From the NCBI GenBank assembly GCA_966211475.1, contig CBIHQA010000001.1, forward strand, positions 1-34,714: a stretch of 34,714 nucleotides of DNA, in the 5' to 3' direction. Below are positions 29,673 to 34,714 of the stretch, piece by piece. The first letter of the stretch is position 1. Each line of letters starts with the position of its first letter. The DNA is from an uncultured Neisseriales bacterium (GTDB lineage: Bacteria; Pseudomonadota; Gammaproteobacteria; Burkholderiales; Leeiaceae). Under the pieces are notes generated by a model. That model was not told the origin of the DNA. It worked only from the letters and a program-made list of their open reading frames with translations, and made no database searches. The position numbers and the translations under genes are program-made.

Positions 29673-29851
29673 CTTTGCTTCACCTTGCTGCGGGGCGCCG
29701 TGGAAGAGGCGTGCCCCTCGTCTGCTCGTGATACGTAGCCGTCTGAAGATAGGGTGGTGGCCCGCAGGTCAGCCAGGACTTTGCTGCGACCGGGTTGAGC
29801 CACTATGGTGGAGCCACTATCCTGTTGCATCGACAGGCGTCGGGACAGTTT

Positions 29852-29880
29852 TAGACAAGCATATCAGGGCCCACTACACT
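29852..29880 (+). promoter_or_regulatory. sigma70 promoter of the O-methyltransferase gene
   Basis: TAGACA (29852-29857), 17 bp, TACACT (29875-29880). Confidence 0.6.
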
Positions 29881-29918
29881 CGGAGTAGTGGCATGGAGAC
29901 GTTCGAAGCGAGGTGGAC

Positions 29919-30581
29919 ATGACGCTCAAGACCATCCAGTTGACGGAACCCTTGTACCGGTATCTGCTGGCGCATTCGGTAAGGGAGCACCCCCTGCAGC
30001 ACGCGCTGCGCGAGGAGACTTCCGATCTGCCGATGTCCCGCATGGCGACGACGCCCGAGCAAGGGCAGTTCCTGCGCATGCTGGTCAAATCCCTGGGTGT
30101 CAGACGCTACCTGGAGATCGGCGTCTTCACCGGCTACTCCAGCTTGTCGGTCGGACTGGCGATGCCTGCCGACGGCGAGATCGTCGCGCTGGAAAAGCGC
30201 GAGGAATGGGCCGATGTTGCGCAGAGCTACTGGAGCAAGGCCGGCTTTGCCGACCGGGTGGACCTGCGCATCGGCCTGGCCAACGACAACCTGGCCGAAC
30301 TGCTGTCGGAAGGAAAGGCCGCTTATTTCGATCTGGCCTTCATCGATGCCGACAAGCCCCACTATCCGGAATACTTCGAAGCCTGCCTGAAGCTGGTCCG
30401 TCCGGGCGGACTGATCGTTATCGACAACGTGCTGTGGCACGGCAACGTGGTCAAGGACGATGCGGACGATCCCGACACCCTGGCCCTGCGGGCGTTCAAC
30501 CAGAAAGTGTTCGAAGAAGAGCGGGTCGAAATCAGCATGATCCCGCTCGGCGATGGCATGACCCTGGCCTGGGTGAAGTAG
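29919..30581 (+). CDS. SAM-dependent O-methyltransferase (caffeoyl-CoA OMT / Methyltransf_3 family)
   Basis: EQGQFL; LEIGVFTGYS; FIDADK; DNVLWHG; GDGMTL. Confidence 0.9.
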   Translation: MTLKTIQLTEPLYRYLLAHSVREHPLQHALREETSDLPMSRMATTPEQGQFLRMLVKSLGVRRYLEIGVFTGYSSLSVGLAMPADGEIVALEKREEWADVAQSYWSKAGFADRVDLRIGLANDNLAELLSEGKAAYFDLAFIDADKPHYPEYFEACLKLVRPGGLIVIDNVLWHGNVVKDDADDPDTLALRAFNQKVFEEERVEISMIPLGDGMTLAWVK

Positions 30582-30597
30582 GACGACGCCCCGCGCG

Positions 30598-30626
30598 TTG
30601 GGCCGATCGAAGGCATCCGGTACAAT
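30598..30626 (+). promoter_or_regulatory. sigma70 promoter for BPH-hslO
   Basis: TTGGGC (30598-30603), 17 bp, TACAAT (30621-30626). Confidence 0.55.
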
Positions 30627-30650
30627 GCGCTCTTTTGCGTTCAGGCCTTC

Positions 30651-31244
30651 ATGACCACCATCGTTGTCGTCCGCAAAGGCGACCAGGCGGTGATCGCCGC
30701 CGACAGCCAGTCGACCTATGGCGACACCCGTATCGCGGCGCCGTTCGACGCCGCCTGGAACAAACTCTTCCTGGCTGGCTACAGCTACTTCGGCATTGCC
30801 GGCAGCGCCGCGCACGACCTGGTGTTGCAGGCGGTGCTGACCGGAGAGAAGAAGCTGGATCTCCGTAACCGGCAGGCCATCTTCGAGACCTTCCGCCGCC
30901 TGCATCCCAAGCTGAAGGAGAAGTATTTCCTGCGGCCGGAAGAAGAGGAAGACGATCCCTACGAGTCGAACCACCTGTCGGCGCTGATTGCCAACCCGCA
31001 CGGCATCTTCGGCGTGTACTCGATGCGCGAGGTCTACGAGTACACCCGCTTCTGGGCGATTGGCAGCGGCCGGGATTTTGCGATTGGCGCGATGAATGCG
31101 GTCTACGACCGGATGGACAGCGCAGAAGACATTGCCCGCGTCGGGATCGAGGCCGGGTGCACCTTTGACATCAATTCCAGCTTGCCGCTGACGCTGTACT
31201 CGGTACCGCTCGGCGCCAAGCCGGCTCAAGAAGGAGCGGCGTAA
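30651..31244 (+). CDS. proteasome-type Ntn hydrolase, betaproteobacterial proteasome homolog (BPH)
   Basis: Thr1 after Met removal, Asp17 (AADSQ), Lys37, AIGSG; acidic insert EEEEDDPYES; no hslU adjacent. Confidence 0.85.
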   Translation: MTTIVVVRKGDQAVIAADSQSTYGDTRIAAPFDAAWNKLFLAGYSYFGIAGSAAHDLVLQAVLTGEKKLDLRNRQAIFETFRRLHPKLKEKYFLRPEEEEDDPYESNHLSALIANPHGIFGVYSMREVYEYTRFWAIGSGRDFAIGAMNAVYDRMDSAEDIARVGIEAGCTFDINSSLPLTLYSVPLGAKPAQEGAA

Positions 31245-32107
31245 TGGCCGATCTGCTGAAACGATTCATCTTCGACGATGCGCCGGTACGCGGCGCCATC
31301 GTCCAATTGGACGACGCTTGGCGCACCGTGCAGGAGCGCCGCAGCTATCCGGCAGGCCTGCAGCAGATACTAGGTGAACTGCTGGCTGCCAGCACCCTGC
31401 TCACCAGCAACATCAAGTTCCAGGGGGCGCTGATCATGCAGATGCACGGCCACGGGCCGCTGAAGCTGGCGGTGGTCGAGTGCTCCAGTGAAATGACCGT
31501 CCGCGCCACCGCCAAGTGGGAAGGGGCGCTGGACGGGTTGGCGCTGCCGCAGATGATCGGCGATGGCAAGTTTGTCCTCACGCTGGACCAGACCGGTGCG
31601 GCAGTGCCTTATCAGGGCATCGTGCCGCTGGAAGGAAACACGGTCGGGGAGATGCTGGCGGGCTACATGCAGCGCTCCGAGCAGCTGGATACCCGGCTGG
31701 TGCTGGCGGCAAACGGGCAGCGGACTGCCGGCCTGCTGCTGCAGCGCCTGCCGGAAGGGCATGGCGATGCGAGCGAGTGGGACACCCTGACGCAACTGCT
31801 GGGCACGCTATCGTCGCCCGAGCTGCTGACCCTGCCACCGCTGGAGGTCCTGCACCGTCTGTTCCATCAATACCAGGTGCGCTTGCTGGGTGACCAGGAA
31901 GTGCACTTCGGCTGCCGCTGCTCTCAGGACAAGGTGGCCGACATGATTCGTCTGCTGGGACGGGACGAGGCTGAGTTGATCCTGCGTGAGCAGGGCACCA
32001 TCAACACCGTTTGTGAGTTCTGCCATACGCAGTACAGCTTTGACCCGGTGGATGTGGAGGCCTTGTTCGTACAGGGTACTGCACCGGGAAGCCAGACCAA
32101 GCATTGA
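31244..32107 (+). CDS. hslO: redox-regulated chaperone Hsp33
   Basis: VRGAIV; YQGIVPL; YMQRSEQL; zinc site CRCS...CEFC. Confidence 0.95.
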   Translation: MADLLKRFIFDDAPVRGAIVQLDDAWRTVQERRSYPAGLQQILGELLAASTLLTSNIKFQGALIMQMHGHGPLKLAVVECSSEMTVRATAKWEGALDGLALPQMIGDGKFVLTLDQTGAAVPYQGIVPLEGNTVGEMLAGYMQRSEQLDTRLVLAANGQRTAGLLLQRLPEGHGDASEWDTLTQLLGTLSSPELLTLPPLEVLHRLFHQYQVRLLGDQEVHFGCRCSQDKVADMIRLLGRDEAELILREQGTINTVCEFCHTQYSFDPVDVEALFVQGTAPGSQTKH

Positions 32108-32343
32108 GCGGCATCGCTGCCCGTAAGGCGCCGCATTGTGTTGTTGCGAAGGGGGCGAGCCACGTGCCTTGTGGGCGTGGTTCTCCATCCGGTAGTGATG
32201 CGAGGGGCAGGCGGAATGGGGAACGAAGTGGCGCCGACGTGATCGGTTAAATGAGGGTGTGGCAGGGGCTGGGGCGGAAAGATAGCGTGCTGTCCCTGAA
32301 GGGACCTCCGCCATGCGTTTCCTAGAGGGATAGACAGCAGCAA

Positions 32344-32366
32344 ACCCACCTGTGAGGCAGGTGGGT
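32344..32366. terminator. hairpin, possible terminator between convergent hslO and the XRE gene
   Basis: ACCCACCTG-tgagg-CAGGTGGGT; short T-run on the minus strand. Confidence 0.5.
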
Positions 32367-32421
32367 CAAAGAGGAAGCTGGGCTAGGGGCGATCGGCGTC
32401 GCCCCTTTGCGACGGACCGAA

Positions 32422-32745
32422 TTATTCGGTGTCGGCGTCCAGCGGCGTATCGCTCCCGGTTTTCCAGGACTTGGCCGCCTTCTTCAGCTTCTTGTAGAGG
32501 TCGGGATGCTGTTCGCGCAGGTACTCGACGATTTCGATGTCCTCGCGACGCAGTCTGCCCAGATCGACCTGTTCCACGTGAACCAGACGCAACAGTTCGC
32601 GAACCGGCTTCGGCATGTTGCGACCGCTTTCATAGCGGGAGCCCCCGCTCTGCGTCACACCGATACGGTTCCAGAACTCTTCCTGATTCAGGCCGAGTTT
32701 CTTGCGAATATCCCGCGGGTTGGCGATTTTCTCAAAAAGCTTCAT
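32422..32745 (-). CDS. XRE-family helix-turn-helix regulator (RsaL-like)
   Basis: IRKKLGLNQEEFWNRIGVTQSGGSRYESGR; ATG at 32745, 107 aa. Confidence 0.85.
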   Translation of the reverse strand: MKLFEKIANPRDIRKKLGLNQEEFWNRIGVTQSGGSRYESGRNMPKPVRELLRLVHVEQVDLGRLRREDIEIVEYLREQHPDLYKKLKKAAKSWKTGSDTPLDADTE

Positions 32746-32872
32746 GGCAGGCTTCTCTTGGCTTACCGGTTGGGGTAGCGTCCACAAGCACCGGCTAGGT
32801 TCATCTTCCCCGATCCGAAGATCGGACACCGCATATGAAGATGGTATGCAGGCAATATGATTTCTAGCCGAT

Positions 32873-32902
32873 AAAAAAGTTGCACGCAAGCATTGCGCGT
32901 GC
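32873..32902 (-). terminator. intrinsic terminator of ffs
   Basis: Minus strand GCACGCGCAATGCTTGCGTGCAACTTTTTT (bulged stem plus T6). Confidence 0.6.
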
Positions 32903-32919
32903 CCCTTCAGATGAAGGGT

Positions 32920-33014
32920 GGCGAGCCGTTCCCCCGGCACTTGCAGGTTGCAGTTATGGCTGCTTCCTTCCGGACCTGACCAGGTTCCTGCGCTGCAATG
33001 CGGGGCGGCCCGCC
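32920..33014 (-). ncRNA. ffs: signal recognition particle 4.5S RNA
   Basis: Minus strand has the domain IV core TCAGGTCCGGAAGGAAGCAGC; ends GGCGGGCCG / CGGCTCGCC pair. Confidence 0.97.
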
Positions 33015-33029
33015 ATAGAACAGCCTGTT

Positions 33030-33058
33030 ATTATGGGTGAGCAGTGCAATTAATGCAA
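33030..33058 (-). promoter_or_regulatory. sigma70 promoter of ffs
   Basis: TTGCAT (33058-33053), 17 bp, CATAAT (33035-33030). Confidence 0.75.
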
Positions 33059-33168
33059 CGGAAGGTTCCGGAAACGATGACGTCATGTTCTAATTGCTGG
33101 TTGTGCTCGCTTTGCATGCTATCGTGCAGAGGGGCTGCATCCGGACTTCTTCCGTGACACAGACAATC

Positions 33169-34714
33169 GTGAATCAGCAACAGTTTCAGCAGGGGCTGGT
33201 GTTCGTCAAAACCTTGCAGGGTGAGGAGGAGGTGCGCTCGCGCCGTCTCCAGATGGATCGCAATGTCCGGCTGGTGCTGATCCTGGTCGACGGCGTCTCT
33301 GCCGTGGCCGACCTGATGGCCAAGGTCCCCAACGAAAACGTGCCGAGTGCGCTTGCGCAGCTCTGGCGCGATGGCCTGATCGAACCAAATTCCCGCACTT
33401 CCCCGCCCGACGATCTACCGCCGGACGACGATGAAATGGCGGCGGCCCGTCAGGCCGTGGCCGAGAGCACGCCTCCGCCCGATCCCGAACCCAAGACCAA
33501 GCCCGGCCGGCGTGCACCGCCACGGGTCGATCCGGTCGTCGTGATCCCCGAAGCAGGCGGGCCGTTGACGGTGGACCCGAACAGCCCGGTCGCCAGCCGT
33601 TCGATGCCGCCGGTCGGGGCTGTGACGGTCGCACCGATCACGGCGGAGCCAGTGCAGCGGGTGCGCGAGATGACGACGGCAGAGCCGGTGGAGCCGCGAG
33701 CGCCGCGCCAGCCGCCGGCTTGGCTGGTGGCGCTGCGCAACTGGCGCCCGACCGTGCGGAGTGTGCCGGCGAGCGCGGCGGCTGTTCGCAAGAGGGGGCT
33801 GGTTGTCCTGGCTGTCGTGGCGGGATTGCTGGTGATGACGGCCGGTTTGCCGTGGGTCCCGCTACCCTGGCAGCCCCGTTCGGTATCCGCGGCCTTGCAG
33901 GAGATTTGTGGGGCACCGCCCGGCTTCTTTGTTACGCGCATGGGCATCTTGCCGGCGCCGCGTCTGCTGATCGGGCCGTTGACGGCGAAAGGTCGCTGCA
34001 CCAGCCCGGTCGAACGGGTGGAGGTCCGCTATGGCTGGGCCGGTGCGTTGAGCGGCAAGGCGGAGCCGGTACGGTTGACGGTGCGCGGCCTGGATCTGGA
34101 TCTGGCGCAGCTGCGCACTTGGCAACCTGCATTGCGCAGCACAGGCGCCACCGGGCTGGAGTCGGTGAAGCTGGAGCGTGCCACGCTCCGCTGGTCCGGC
34201 CAGCAATGGGAAGATCTGACGGGCGAGGCGAAGCTGGATGCGGGCGGTGTTACCAGCGTGGCCCTGCGCAACGATACTGGTACCTTGCAATGGCTGAGCG
34301 AGCGGCGCGGCGAGGGTTGGGGATTCGAGCTCGGCCTGAAGCCGTTCAAGCTGCCCGGCGCGGGCATTGAGCTGGCGGATGCGCAGTTCCGTGGGACATG
34401 GTTCGACAACCAGATCACCGTCAGCGATGTGAATGTCTTCACCAGCGGCGGCCGTGTGCGGGGCAACCTGGTGCTGACCCATGCAGATGGCGAATGGCGT
34501 GGGCTGGGGCGGCTGGAAGTCCGGCAGCTCGATCTCGCCTTGTGGGCGGGGGAGCATCCGGTTTGGGCATCCGGGGACGTCGATGGGGCATTCGATCTGT
34601 TGATGCGTGGGACGGACCCGGCTTCCGTGTTCAAATCCTCCCGGCTGAACGGGCAGATGCATGTTCACGACGGCATCCTGATGGGGCTGGACGTACTGGA
34701 GCTGGCGCAGAGCG
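33169..34714 (+). CDS. AsmA-like protein with an N-terminal winged-helix-like domain, Pro-rich linker and TM anchor (3'-truncated by the window)
   Basis: Hand-translated open frame from the GTG at 33169 (or 33154) to the window end; FVKTLQGEEEV..RLVLILVDG; TM GLVVLAVVAGLLVMTAGL; GILPAP; LNGQMHVHDGILMGLD. Confidence 0.75.
   Translation, partial: MNQQQFQQGLVFVKTLQGEEEVRSRRLQMDRNVRLVLILVDGVSAVADLMAKVPNENVPSALAQLWRDGLIEPNSRTSPPDDLPPDDDEMAAARQAVAESTPPPDPEPKTKPGRRAPPRVDPVVVIPEAGGPLTVDPNSPVASRSMPPVGAVTVAPITAEPVQRVREMTTAEPVEPRAPRQPPAWLVALRNWRPTVRSVPASAAAVRKRGLVVLAVVAGLLVMTAGLPWVPLPWQPRSVSAALQEICGAPPGFFVTRMGILPAPRLLIGPLTAKGRCTSPVERVEVRYGWAGALSGKAEPVRLTVRGLDLDLAQLRTWQPALRSTGATGLESVKLERATLRWSGQQWEDLTGEAKLDAGGVTSVALRNDTGTLQWLSERRGEGWGFELGLKPFKLPGAGIELADAQFRGTWFDNQITVSDVNVFTSGGRVRGNLVLTHADGEWRGLGRLEVRQLDLALWAGEHPVWASGDVDGAFDLLMRGTDPASVFKSSRLNGQMHVHDGILMGLDVLELAQS

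Noticed and set aside
29738..29747. Exact Neisseria DNA uptake sequence GCCGTCTGAA
   Set aside because: Only one copy noticed in 34.7 kb (manual scan, not exhaustive), without the AT/AG prefix; DUS-using genomes carry it far more densely, so probably chance despite comEC nearby
30582..30650. sigma32 heat-shock promoter for BPH-hslO
   Set aside because: No CTTGAA...CCCCAT match; only a sigma70-like promoter is visible
30651..31244. Calling the Ntn protease hslV or Anbu
   Set aside because: It lacks the HslV GDGQV and GFAG motifs and an adjacent hslU, lacks the Anbu TYC start and operon, and has an acidic insert that fits BPH
33720..34668. Track ORFs 33720-34370 (+), 33862-34668 (-) and 34029-34634 (-)
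   Set aside because: Off-frame or antisense shadows of the real frame that starts at 33169 and runs off the window
13455..34714. Mobile elements, prophage, CRISPR array, defence island or tRNA
   Set aside because: No transposase or integrase, spaced repeats, cloverleaf or obvious compositional island seen by eye

Overview
GC-rich betaproteobacterial chromosome segment; the ribosomal proteins look most like Neisseriales (Chromobacteriaceae/Chitinibacteraceae-like; inference from recalled L4/L2 sequences). Bases 100-13454 carry the S10 (from rplC; rpsJ is not in the window), spc and alpha ribosomal protein clusters with secY, infA, rpmJ and rpoA. The remainder is housekeeping and accessory: an ODP-like di-iron metallo-beta-lactamase-fold gene next to an HDOD gene, a quinone oxidoreductase, a YiiD-C thioesterase, rhlE, relA, a CDF transporter, an orphan ParA, a divergent tocopherol-cyclase-like protein, comEC, rsmJ, an orphan phaB, a 2-hydroxyacid dehydrogenase, a YafJ-like GATase, an O-methyltransferase, a BPH proteasome homolog coupled to hslO, an XRE regulator, the SRP RNA (ffs) and a truncated wHTH-TM-AsmA-like gene that the ORF track misses. 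I saw no mobile element, CRISPR array, tRNA or rRNA. Strongest leads: (1) a structured rplN leader that looks like a circularly permuted copy of the 16S helix 21 S8-binding site and hides the rplN Shine-Dalgarno, i.e. a candidate relocated S8 autoregulatory RNA; (2) the BPH-Hsp33 coupled pair; (3) the wHTH-AsmA fusion; (4) the ODP-HDOD pair with an FNR-like box; (5) a LiuR-like box upstream of phaB. All family calls come from motif recognition by eye, not from database searches.
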